A model generated the notes under the pieces. The model searched no databases and had not been told where the DNA came from. It saw only the letters and a program-made list of their open reading frames with translations. Shown here one piece after another: positions 11,536 to 23,900 of a DNA stretch of 64,000 nucleotides. This stretch comes from Sphagnum compactum (Eukaryota), in NCBI GenBank assembly GCA_965153455.1, contig OZ234494.1:10478001-10542000 (forward strand), written 5' to 3'. The position numbers and the translations under genes were made by a program. Numbering within the stretch: position 1 is the stretch's first letter; every line of letters begins with the position of its first letter.

Positions 11536-13962
11536 GTGTAACATTTGTGAAAATATGCATGTAAATGTTGCATTTTCCACCTAATTAATTACTCCCAAAA
11601 TGTTGGCACCTTGTGGGTTGAATTTGCATTTTTACATTTTTTCATCAACCATGTGCGAAAAAAAATCATAAATATCAATAACAAGACAAAAAAAAATTTG
11701 AATGATTTTTTATCCACATGTACACTCATCAAACATCATAACAAAACACCTTTCATGAAAAACCTAAAACCCAAATGCGACAAAAACAAATATGAAAATT
11801 GTCAAATTCTCAAACTTCAAAATGAAAAAGACTAAAAATAAAAATCTTTCTATGTAAATTATATCCATTCAATATTGATGTTTGTTTCAAACATTGCAAT
11901 ACCTCGTGCACATTGCTAAAAAAATTTACATTTTGAAAAACTTGGATTTTTTAAACAATATAATTATTTTCAACTTTATATTCATTTGCATGGTTAAAGA
12001 AAATAAAATCAAATTATGATTTCAATTTTTAAATATCCACAATGAATTCTAAGATGGTTAGAAAACTTTAATTTTTAGTACAAATGCGAACCTTTTTTTA
12101 ATAATCTTTCATAAAGCCAACAAACTTTCATCCAATATAACTTGAGTTCATAGTAGAACATTAAATGTAATACATTATTTTCAAAATAGAGCCTCTCGTG
12201 GTAGAGCCGCTTGTTTTCGCTCTTTCTACCCCTCTTGTCCTCCCACACACATACTCTCCTTCTCTCCTCTTCTCTATCATGCTACCACACACTCCCCTCT
12301 TCACTCTTTCTACCCTGATTATTCTCCCATAATCGCCCTCTCCTTTTTTCTACCCTTTTCTTTTTCTATCTTGCTACCACAAGCACCTTCCCTTTCTATG
12401 TCTTTCTGCCCTACTTATCTTCACACACACACTCTCTCCCTCGTTCTATCCCTTTCCCCTTTTTTTCATGCTGCCACACACACCTCTTTCAGAGACACAA
12501 AAAGGACGGAAACAAAAAAGAAAAAGAAAACTTACTTGGAGTGAATGAAGAAGCTACTGCCAAAAGAAAATTGAGAAGGCATTTGGAAGACAGGCATTGG
12601 AAGGCATTGCTCCTTGGATTGCTCGGAAAAAAGAAGAAGAAAAAAAAAACACTTGAAGGTGTTGCCACTAGAAGAAGAGAAAGAAGAAAAAAGAGAAAGA
12701 AAGTGTGCTGCTGCTAGATGAAGAGAAAACAGTGAGAAGAAGAGGGAAACAAAAACAACTTTGTTGTTGGGATAGCTATGGATGCTATTGCGTAGCTACA
12801 TGTTTAGTTTTTTTCAAATTGAGGTGTAGGGTCGAGCAGGGAAAGAGAAAAAAAAAGAAAAACCTAGTCTGGGTTCATCCCAAAACGACCTGAACGGCCC
12901 CATCCACCAACTGGTGCGATGGTGGGTGCTGGGTCACAGCGGCCGTCCTTTGGTGAAGTTGAAATTCTTAACTATTTGATGAGTTCAGTGAAGCTGAGTA
13001 ATTCAACCTAGATTGGCAACCCAACAACACCATTTGTAAAAACTGGATGGCTGAATGAGGATCTTCTTCTGGCCTCTGTAACAGATCTTTTGAGAATATG
13101 TATTGGATTTCAGCTTTCTAGGACAGCTCAAACTGAACAAGCCATTTACTCACCTTGTGCAAATGCAATGGCTGTGCCCCATGTGGCGAGTTCAAATAGC
13201 AACAATTAAAAATGCAAAATATTTCAAATGAATTGATAGTTCACGCTAACACCTGGTGAACATTCCTTCAAATGTGGAACTAAATGCAGACTGGCGAAAT
13301 AGAACAGCCTTTTTAAAAAAAACTGGCGAAAAGTAGCCGAAAAGCGAAAAAAAAAAAAAAACTCTGTGAAATTGCCTTTTAAAAAATAAGGTGTAAAATG
13401 ACAAATGTTGTCACATTGCATCCATCTGTCGCACATTTATAGCCTGTGAATATAGATAAAACAGCTGTGATTTCATCCATTTTTCATCCTTACCTGTCCA
13501 TTTGTCTCTTCATTTATTTTGTGTCCGTCGTTATGCTACAAACATCTAGATCATTAAAAGCAATGACCTATCCCCACTACTAGGGACATTGGTAGTCCTT
13601 GCCTAGTAGGGAGACCTTTAAGTTGAGACCTTTAAAAGTGACGACCTATCCCAATTCTTAATGAAATTTATTTGTTGCGTGTAGCTGAATCCCAATGCAG
13701 TGGTGCTTATTTAAATTGTGCATAGCCAAAGACCTTATGCTTTTGCACTTGTAACAAAACTACCTTGGTCATAGCCACCTGTTGGAATTTCTAAATTTCC
13801 TAAAAAAGAAAAAAAGGGCTAGAGTAAAAACCATCCATCACCAAAAATATGAACGGTTAATTGAAACAGTGCACCATCATCAATTGAATCCCCATTAAAC
13901 TCATGTGAATCTTCCTGAGTTGCTATTTTTCTTCTTTTGAAGCACAACAGCGAAAACCCCAT

Positions 13963-14060
13963 GTGACAAGCTGTTGGCAAACCCTCAATGCATGCTCATT
14001 GGCAGAAGGCCGACAGGAGTTTCACCTGCACGCCACTGGGTTTGAACCCAGGACCTTATC
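13963..14060 (-). mobile_element. tRNA-derived SINE-like element, copy 2 (B-box and body)
   Basis: Reverse complement AAGGTCCTGGGTTCAAACCCAGTGGCGTGCAGGTGAAACTCCTGTCGGCC...TTGCCAACAGCTTGTCA aligns to 4738-4829. Confidence 0.65.
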
Positions 14061-14414
14061 ACAAACACAGAGCTCCTAGGTTTTAGTGAAACTAGGAGCT
14101 GTTGTTATTTATGGTCGACTGTGTGTTTCTTTTGCTCTCTGTTTTGTTTCTTATTTTTTGTCATCTATTTTTTAATTTTCTTTTAAGATTATTTTACTGT
14201 ATTTCCCTTTTTTGTTTCATGTTTAAATGTTTACAAAAAATTTCTAATCGTTAAAGTGTTTTTCAGTTTTTAGTTTTTTTCTAGTTTTTTCCCTTTTAAA
14301 AAATATATTTGTTCTGTTTGGATGGATGACGGGAGGGACAACGGGACGGATGGACAACGGGACGGATTCAGGGGAAGCTTCATTTAATATCCCGACGTCC
14401 TTTACTATATGTAA
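14061..14414 (-). mobile_element. Possible non-autonomous Helitron-like element
   Basis: Subterminal hairpin AGCTCCTAG..CTAGGAGCT (14071-14100) at one end. GGACGGA/GGACAACG microrepeats and TTTACTATATGTAA at the other. Confidence 0.4.
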
Positions 14415-15368
14415 TTCCTCCTTCAGTAGCAGTGCTCCATCAGGTTCCTGAATTGGCAAACAAGCCTACCGTTATGAGTTGTAGATTTCACAGCATAATG
14501 CACAAGAGAAGGAGCAATTTGAAGATGCATGTACACTTCCATTGGCCCAAAAATATAACAATGTGTGCCTCTGAAAATAGACCCAAAAGAAAGAGAAAAT
14601 AAACTCCCAAAACAAGAGGAAATCGCATATACATTCCTCTTTTCATCTACAAAGGATGAAGTTCATTCATTGTCATCCACATTTCATGATGGCCTATTTT
14701 AGCCACATGTGGCCTTGGTTTTAAGATCTTCTCTTTGACCATGTTGGATCATATGAAAGGCCATCTTTTGAGGACCCGAGATGCTACATCCACCATTTGG
14801 AGTTGGAGCCTACTAACAATAACCCTATATCACAATTCTTTATAATTTCATAACTAATTTTTTTTTAAAAATAATTTTCAACTTGGGTTCAGTTTTAATC
14901 CTTTTTTTATTTAAATATGTAAAGATTTTTATTTTTTATTTATTTATTCAATACTGAGAGAGCCTGATTTAGTCTAAGCATGGGATATTTGTACTATTTA
15001 GAAATAATTTAAATGGATTTTGGGATTTTAACCATGGTACTAACGTGAGTTAGCGTTCACCCAAGGCCCACCTAAGGTACCACTTACTACACAAATTAAG
15101 CGTAAATAAAAAAAATTTAAAAAAAAGAGAGAGAAAAAAGTACGTTTCTTTGTGTATGGATTTTCTGCTATGTAATCATGAAGAGTCAGTTTGTGTATGG
15201 AATCTCCTGGTTCAGATTATGAACCTTGCTTGCCATCAAGGATAATATTATTCTTCCCTACCCTAGTCAGATTACGAGCCAGAATGGTCTGAGTTGGCAG
15301 GTTATTATCCAATCTTTTCTCATATCTGGTGCGCTTGCCCGGAAGCAGTCTGAGTTAGCAGTCGGAGT

Positions 15369-15786
15369 ATGCAGATTACAAATTGTAATGGTGCAGAGGA
15401 TTTATGCAGATTACAAACTGTAATGGTGCAGAGAATTCAATCCAAATTACGAGTATAATAGTGCAGAGAATGTCTGCAGCTTTACAATTGTAAACGACTC
15501 AAAGAATTTATGCAGATTACGAGTGTAATAGTGTGGAGAATTTATGCAGAATACGAGTGTAAATGGTGCAGAGAATTTATGCAGATTACGAGTGTAATAA
15601 TGCGGAGAATTTATGCAGATTACAAGAGTAAATGGGCAGTGAATTTAATCCAAATTTACGATTATAATAGTGCAGAGAGTATATGCAGATTACAAGTGAA
15701 AATGCTAAAGAGAATGTAATCCAAATTACGAGTGTAATAGTGCAGAGAATTTATGCAGATTACACATGGAATGGTGCACAGAGTTT
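15369..15786. repeat. Minisatellite, ~12 units of 34-36 bp (consensus ATGCAGATTACGAGTGTAATAGTGCAGAGAATTT)
   Basis: Units counted directly. A variant AATCCAAATT(T)AC head occurs in units 3, 9 and 11. Confidence 0.92.
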
Positions 15787-15796
15787 GCTCGAGGAA

Positions 15797-15803
15797 TATA
15801 AAA
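15797..15803 (+). promoter_or_regulatory. Putative TATA box of the monooxygenase locus
   Basis: TATAAAA 230 bp upstream of ATG 16027, followed by a pyrimidine-rich leader. Confidence 0.45.
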
Positions 15804-16026
15804 AGGAGGAGAACGAGAGGAAGAAAGAACCCACACGTTCTCTGGTGAAGTTCACAACGGTCGGTGTCGGGAACGAGCTTGTTATCTTCCCGTCTGGCTG
15901 CGCTTGCTTGCTTCTTGCTTTGCTTGTGCATTGCTGCAATCCCTCCTCTTCGTCGCTTGCAAATCTCAAATTGGTATCAGAAGAATCCTCTCTCTCTTTC
16001 TCTCGTGGATTCGGGTGTGTACAGTC

Positions 16027-19000
16027 ATGCCGGAGCATCATGCCGCTGTGGATACAGCAGCGGTTGAATTAGAGACAATGAAAAGACCACCCTTGGTGGA
16101 CAGAGCATTGATAGTGGGCGGAGGTTTAGGAGGCCTCGCTGCAGCCATTCAGCTGCGAAAATTTGGAATCGATGCACAGGTGAGACAGACAGACAGAGAG
16201 CTCATTTAGTAGCGTGTCTTGCTTGGATTGCAGTCAATTGGAACACAAAGTGCGAATTCTCTTGATATTTTTGAGCAATCTGTAGGGCTCTCTGTTAGGC
16301 TTTGCACAATCCATTGGTGGGAGGATGGTGGTCATATCCAGGAGGTTCCATGCAGATGATGATGATGATGATGATGCTGCTGCTCTAAAGGAAATCGTAA
16401 TGGAGTTTTGGAATACATAACATTTGCGGAGAAGATGTGAGAAAGTTTATTTTGTGGAGACCTGATTTTCGAAGTCTGCATATTAGCTTGTAGGATGGGC
16501 GGATGGGCGGATGGGCGGATGGGCGGGAGGGTAAGTAAGCCATGATCTGGGAGTTTTGAGGTGGTGGGCATGGTGGTGTGGCAGGTGTATGAGCAGAATT
16601 TGAGAATATCAGGGGGTGAAGGCACATTGATAACTGTGTTCCCGAATGGTTGTCAAGTACTACACAAGGCTGACCCAGAGATAGTGACCAAGGTAGAGTT
16701 TTTCTCTAAGATTAAACAAAGGGACTTTTTGGTGTTGGCTAAACCTTAAACCCTAAACCCTAAACACCCTTCATTCAATGTTTCCATCTGTTGAATTATT
16801 GTTTTGACCACTGACAATTACAAATCTCAAGTGTGGGTCAGTGATGATTTGGCCTCCCCAAAAACCATGCAGTTACGGGAAGCAGGAATTGTTGACTAGC
16901 ATGCATGGGTTGTGAACCCCAAGAGTGGAGAGCAAGTAGGCTCATGGGAGCTAATGGAACGCATGGAGAAGACATGGGCAACCAGCAGTTGCTATTCTTT
17001 GGAAGAATGTACTTAACATTTTGTCTGAAGCTTTGCCTGATGATTGCAAGCACATGGGTTATAAGTGTTTGGATGTTTCGCAGGTAAAAAGATCTTTCCT
17101 ATCTTTTTTTTTTCCTTTTTCTTTTCCAGGACACATCAGATGCCCGACATTTGTATTCTGTCTCCACATATACAATTCCCATCATTTGTTTCTTGTTTGG
17201 CACATACTCCTGCTGCCCGCAAGTGTATTTTTCCTTTTGTCTCCCCTGAAGATGTTTGACTGCTTTGATCCCATTACAAGTCTGACCTTGTTTGAACTTT
17301 CAAATTGTGGGTTGAAAGCGTGCACTCACTCCTAACTGAAGGTTTGGTGGTTTTGTAAGTGCACAGGATGAGGAAGGGGCAACTGTACAGTTTCAAAAGG
17401 GTGATGAATTAATTAGTGTCAAGGTAAAAATGTGGTCACGTTGAAGAAGAAGGGTCCCCTTTCAATTGTAGTTCTTCTACAGACAATTTTCTTTTAATCT
17501 AAGAGACTATTCTATGTTGTCCAGATTTAGAAGGACTCTAACTGTGGATCAAGTTCACAGATGCCATTCTTGGCAAAGCAATTTTACCGTGTTTATCATT
17601 TGGGTTTTTCTCCTCGTGTGATTAGAATGATTGGAAATCACAGTTGATGTTACTCTGTGGGAGCAGGCCCCTTTGGTCATTGGAGCTGATGGCATCCATT
17701 CTGTAGTTCGCTCCAAGCTTTTTGGGTCAATTCCACCACGTGACAATGGGCGCACAATGTGGCGTGCTTTGATTGATGAAGATCTCTGCAGTGACCTGGT
17801 GCCCCCTATTTCCCACTTCAGAATATTTGCTGTCACAAGTATTCTCCTGAGTTTGAATCAAAATGTAGAATTTTTGGGTGGATACCAAGTGGGCTATTCC
17901 CATGTTCTTGTCTATGTTCCTACAGTTCAGGATTCCAGTCTTATGGGAGGTTGAATCTACAATTTCCTGTCTGTTTTGTATCTCTCTCATTGTTTGATTT
18001 CCCAGCAGGATGGGGTTCTGATGGTTAGTGATCACTCAGGGAAACACCATCTCAAACTCAATGTAAAATACTTGTCAGAATATACACAGAAAGGTGAGAT
18101 AAAAGAGATTTGTTTGTGCAGGGCTTAAATGTAGGTTCTATGACTGCACTAGGAAATGGGCGAACCATGTTCATCGTCAATGGTTCTGGTGGGAAGCTTT
18201 ACTGGGCATACAGCTTGACAGATGAATCCACAGATGGTCGCTCTAAAGTGCGGTCTAAGGACCCTGCAGAGGTCAAAGCAAGGTTGAGGCAGGAGTTTGA
18301 AGGCTGGGATCTTGCTCTTAAAATTCTTGAGGTCAAGCCTCAAGCTTGCTTGCTGTGTCATTCCTAAGCTTCCATCACCTTAATGAATTTATCCCTTCCT
18401 CATAACTCTCCCTTTCCACTGGCCATCTTTTGGCAACCAGGTTCTAAGCTCTCAAGCCATTACGGACCTGAGCTGTGGATTATGATTGCAGGCTACAGAT
18501 GCAGAGTTGATATTGGAGAGAAGGGTGCTTGATCTCCCTGTACTGGAAGGATGGGCTTGTGGACGGGTAGCCCTCCTTGGAGGTACAACTATGAACAACC
18601 TCAGTTCTTCCTAACATCAGTGTTCATTAGACATCAATGTTGTTCATGAGAGTCCCTTTGGTCTGTTAAAATGCATCAAGTTCTGCCAATGATTCATAAT
18701 CCTGGACATAATTGTCATGAATGCTTCTTTGTTTCTGTTTGCCAGAAATGTTTTGTGGTAGCAATTGAGGTCAGGAGAGGGCAAGATAGAAAATTATGAA
18801 ACACATCAGAATGTTATTCTGTCAGCAGCTAATCAGGCATGATTATGGATGTTTCCAAATATTCCACGTATCTGAAGGCAGCTAGTTGAAGCAATACCTG
18901 ATCTGTCAATGTTGGGATTGCCAGGATTTTGAAATCTCTGTTGAAGTTGACTATATGTGCAGATGCGGCTCATGCTGTGACACCAGCATTGGGACAGGGT

Positions 19001-19576
19001 GCCAATCTGGCCTTTGAGGATGGCTTAGAACTTGCCCTGCAACTGTCATCAGCTTATAATTTAAGGTTCTCTTTCATTACCCATTTGCTTGTTTTTTCTA
19101 TGGCAAAGGCAACTAGCCTTATGATGTCAGAATGTGGTATTGTTCTGTAACTACTTCTGATTCAGAGATCTCATAGCCATCAAAACAAGGACAGGAGTGA
19201 TGTAGAGAAAGGCAGGGAAGCGATAATAATGTCTCCATTTGATATTCAGAGATCCAGCTGACCATAGAGAACAGGAATTGGAATTCTTTTGGGATACCAT
19301 CACGTTGTATTTGTACCATTTGTGTTTATCATGTTGTGTTGCTTTGCTCAAGAATCTGTGGCACATTTGTTGGCTTAGGTTGTGAATTGCTGGTGCTGAT
19401 TTTTTTTTTCCTTCATCAGGAGTGCACTAGAAGCTTATGAGAAACAGCGGATACCCCGGGCACAACTAATATCCGAGAGAACACAAGCAATGGGGATTCC
19501 AACTCTGCCAAGTTTTTATGACTGGCTCTATACTGCAATTCCCTCAAGCTCTCTCAAGCAAGTACTTCATGTGTGA
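16027..19576 (+). pseudogene. FAD-dependent monooxygenase (salicylate-hydroxylase/ZEP-like, FAD_binding_3), disrupted. Exons 16027-16179, 16585-16692, 16873-17083, 17367-17423, 17667-17798, 18122-18331, 18492-18582, 18963-19065, 19420-19576.
   Basis: Motifs IVGGGLGGL, VIGADGIHSVVR and RVALLGDAAHAVTPALGQGANLAFEDG. Exon 3 has TAG at 16897-16899 and a frameshift near 16975. Confidence 0.88.
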
Positions 19577-20712
19577 GCTTAAGTGTGTTTCTATTTCTAT
19601 TAAGATATACATGGGCAGATTGGCAAAACAATTCCGACCATATGGGTCATCTAAGATTTGCCAATTTTCCAACTGCTCTGTGCAAGGCTGTCAACTGTTA
19701 GCCATCATGTTTGTTCCAATCAAAAGCCATGGAGGTGGTTTTGACCAGCATTAATTAATGTATTTGGATGTTGCACCAGTGAGGAGATATTATCGGTACC
19801 GGACTGGCTGGCCACAAGCACAATCTGTAAGGAGTAAATCCTCCTACAAGTGTAGAGTATAATTTTGAACTTCTTGTGACACTCAAGTCAATTGGGGTTA
19901 AGTATTGGAAGGTTGTTATTGGATTCAGTTCTTAGACTAGTCATGCTAGTTGTTTATTGTGTACAATCTCTGGGTTTTTGTGACGCTCTCGTAAACTTCA
20001 ACATGTATTTTTCACATGATGGTCTCAGGAACATGACTGTGTGAAACTCCCAATTGTTACGATCATTTTGAATCAAAATTTCAAAGGTCTTGGAGTGCAT
20101 GGAAAGGTGCCTTCTGTATGACATGAGGAATTGCTTAAATTTAGTCACCTAAATGTTGTGCTTGGGATTGCTTGTAGTGGCCTGCATGTTATGCTTGGAT
20201 CATGAGAGGAGCTTCCATTTGGACTAGTAATATGGCTGTATGAGATTGAGAGTGTTTATGCAGTTTTTTTTCTGCCCCCTCTCCATTTTGTGATGTAGCC
20301 AAAGTGATGATTGTCCAAAGAAGATTTGGTGAAATGTAAACAGGATACAAAGTAAACATTTAAGCATCCTGTAAGTTCAAACTACTTCATTGCTTTTCCT
20401 ACAGACCAATTTTATTGTTTTTCCTATCCTTCTACCTGTAGGACACTCTCACCATGCACCTGTCTTCAATTTGCCCACTTGTCAATGGTTGCATACCAAG
20501 TGCCAGTCATAAGTCATAACCTTGAAGCTTGGAAAAAGAAAAAGCAACACGTGCAACCTGACTTGTGTAATTCACAGATGTCAATCTTTAGCCATTCATA
20601 TTCATGTTTTGCATAATCATGTTTTGCATAATTGACAGGCTACATTTGACAGGCTTAATTTTGGTAACTTGGTAACTCAGATGCTACATCTGACTGGTAC
20701 ATCAGATTGAAT

Positions 20713-20759
20713 AGAAGTACCATCTGATAAAAGTAACTTGGACATCAGATGGTACTTCT
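20713..20759. repeat. Perfect 16-bp stem hairpin downstream of the RSH stop codon
   Basis: AGAAGTACCATCTGAT - 15-nt loop - ATCAGATGGTACTTCT. Confidence 0.85.
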
Positions 20760-20995
20760 TGCTTCGGAAGCATACAAGATTTTGTATATACAAATGGCTT
20801 TACACTGCATAGCAGGCCGCTTTTTTCAATTGATGAGTACACATGTTTGTTTGTTTTGACACAATGCTTTACAACCTATTCAAATGCAAAGAATCGAGCT
20901 ACCTAAGTCCCTGAAAAATTATGTACAGAAGTGTGATCATAACAGAGAGGGTTTAGATTATGCAACTAAACTTGTCCTTCTATTCTCTATCCAGC

Positions 20996-23900
20996 TTATG
21001 TGAGGCCAGCAACACTAGGACTCCTCTCCAATGGTGTGCTTCTTCTCGTTTCCCCACTACAGTCTCCTCCATCGAGATACAAACGCTTCAGTTGCTCCCT
21101 TTGGAATTCCAGGGCAATTTTTCCACAGGGCTGTTCTTCACCACTAGTGGTGTGTACTCTTGGTTGGGAGGTGACAGTGGTTACAACAACCATTGTGATC
21201 TCCACCAAGTCACCCATCCTCAGCTTCTGTTGAAAAGTATCGACAAATTGATGGTTCACTTTAACCCTTGCTTCTTTTCGACTTGGTCGTCTTGATGAAA
21301 CTGCTAGAGACTCAATATCTGACTTCCTGGTTGACATGAGATCAGCAACAGTTGAACCTGGAGGCAGTTCCTGTACAACCATCTGTAGACAAACCAGTTC
21401 CAAGTGTTGGAGGAGATGCGTTAAGAGACTGTGCCTTGTAAAGACATTGCAAGTAAGGTTCCGAATCCATCAATTTCAACTAGCGCAAAACACGGGAACA
21501 TAAAACAATTGTCAATAAAGGTCAAGGTGTGTTTGACTTACATTTTCATTTTCAACCTTGATGACTAGGAGTGGTTCAGTCCCACTGAGTTGAGGTCCGC
21601 AGCACATTGAAGCATAAGGGCAATCACTTGTGTGCACAGGAAAGGGACATGGTGGTTTCAAATCTGCTCTTAAGGGAGATAACCGCAACTTGGTGTCCAG
21701 GATCTCACTATGCCAGGTCAACACCCATCTAGCCCACTCAACCCGTGCAAGGATGAATGATGAGTGAATGCTATCATCCTCTTTATATCTCCAATGAGCA
21801 GCCAATCCAAACTCTGCCTGGTGATGCATTGCCACTGTTCTTATTTGGACCTCCAAGGGATATCCATCATCTCCCCACACAACTGTGTGTAGTGACTGAT
21901 ACCTGCATGGATTGTCGCATGGATCAATGATACTACAAGAAACTAGTCTACCGCAAAACTTTGGGCCAAAAATTGCACAACTGGAGCAAGCTCACCAATT
22001 CCATGGAGTTTAGGATGACTTACCCATTAGGCTTTGGCATAACTATGTAATCCTTGGATTGTCCTGGAATATGCAGCCAAAGTTCATGTACAATGCGTAA
22101 AGCATCATAACAACTTTTCTCATCGACAACAATAAGGCGCAGCCCTCGGACATCCAAAATTTCCTCAACAGTCCGTCCCTTCCTGCAAGCACAAAGCATG
22201 GGGCAGATTATGAGACTCAATTGTTCTCCTGCAGGAAGACACCCTCGCAGAGGATTTTCGCCTCAAGAACAAAAGTGAGGATCTACGAAGCTTCTGTTCT
22301 CTGACTACACAAAGGACAGCAGCATACATACCTCATCATTTTCTTGTAGATGCTGTACAGATTCTTGGGTCGTCCACTGAGGTCTGTAAATTGAACACCT
22401 TGTGATTGCAGAGCTTCGTATAGTTGATGAATTGAAGACATAACTATTCCCTCCCGGCAGCAACCAGACAGTCTTGTTGCTAACTCCTTATACTCTTCAG
22501 GCTTCAGATGCTTAAAGCAGAGATCTTCCAGTTCTGCTTTCCAGCTCCAAATACCTAACCGGTTAGCCAAAGGTGCAAAGATTTCAAGGGTCTCGTTAGC
22601 AATCTGGAGTTGTTTACGAAATGACAGAGCCCCCAGAGTCCTCATGTTGTGCAGGCGATCAGCAAGCTTGATAAGCACTACACGAACGTCAACCATCGAC
22701 AGAATCATGTTTCGTAATCGGTCTGCTTCCATTGGGTCACGAACTGTTTGATTGTCTCGGGCAAGTTGACTGAATTCACTTAATCTTGAAACCTGGAGAT
22801 AGAGTATCCATGCCATCATTAGTCCACGAAGGAGGTGCCGAAAGGACTCAAGAGATTCTTACACGAGTAGTTCAATCCAGTCAAACTGTACCCGTACATC
22901 AACCTCTCTACACCTAACCAAAGAATCACACTGTATTGGTTGAGCACTGAGACAGTACCCAGATGGTCTACAGGCTTTACAAATCAACACAAAAGCCTGC
23001 AAGGTTGCAACAACATACCCCAAGGACAATGTCTGCTATTTCATCTCCCATTGCACCCCGCAATAGCTGTTGACTCAAATTGGAATCATCAATGGCATCA
23101 TGTAATAACCCTGCAGCTACCACTGTACTAGTTGCCCCGGTTGCCGCCAAAATCAAGGCAGTTTCCACACAATGTGTAAGATATAGATCTCCATTCCGGC
23201 GAAACTGCACATCCAATTTGCACAAACCCTAATAAGACATTGCAAGACAGACAGATTGTAGACAACTGCAAAATGACAAAATCCTTAGATAACAATGCTC
23301 CTGATACCTCTAGAAAGAGGAAGAGGACAATTTCAGGCACTATGACACAAGGATCATCATATGTCACAGCACTGAACTTCAAGATGAGCTAAAGATAACC
23401 AGGGAACAAAAAACACAGTTCAGACTCTGTGAAGGATATCCCTCAAGAAACACACACCATGCAGACTAAGGAGTGGAGTGAAGCAGGCTGCAAAAGAGAC
23501 AATAAGATGACTGAAAGAAGCTGACAATCAAGCCAAGAAATGCAGACAGAGATTCCTCTGATAGCTCAGTGCCCAAAGCAGATAAATGCAGGCATGTTGT
23601 GAGAGAGTGGGTGCATACTTACTTGTCCCTTATGTGCATCGTCAGCTAGCCTGAAGGCCTTTACAACAGTTGGATCACAGAAGACCTTGTGCTTTGCCTG
23701 TGCACTTTCCAACAGCTTGATTGCAGATGAAGGCACCGGGGTATCAACTTCCTCTAGGGCATGAGGGGCCGAGGGAGGAGCTAGGGATGCTAATCCATTA
23801 GATTCCTCAAGTAATCGCAAAAGCTTCTCTCTGGCTTCAAGGACAGCTGGCGTCTCTCTTTGAAAATTGCTTGTGTTGTTTGCATCCCCTCCTCCTGCAG

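Noticed and set aside
15369-15786. CRISPR-like periodicity of ~35 bp
   Set aside because: Units are contiguous with no unique spacers, there are no cas genes, and the context is eukaryotic. It is a minisatellite.
16740-16765. CCCTAAA telomere-like repeats in a monooxygenase intron
   Set aside because: Only about three units; short telo-box tracts recur across the window and are ordinary.
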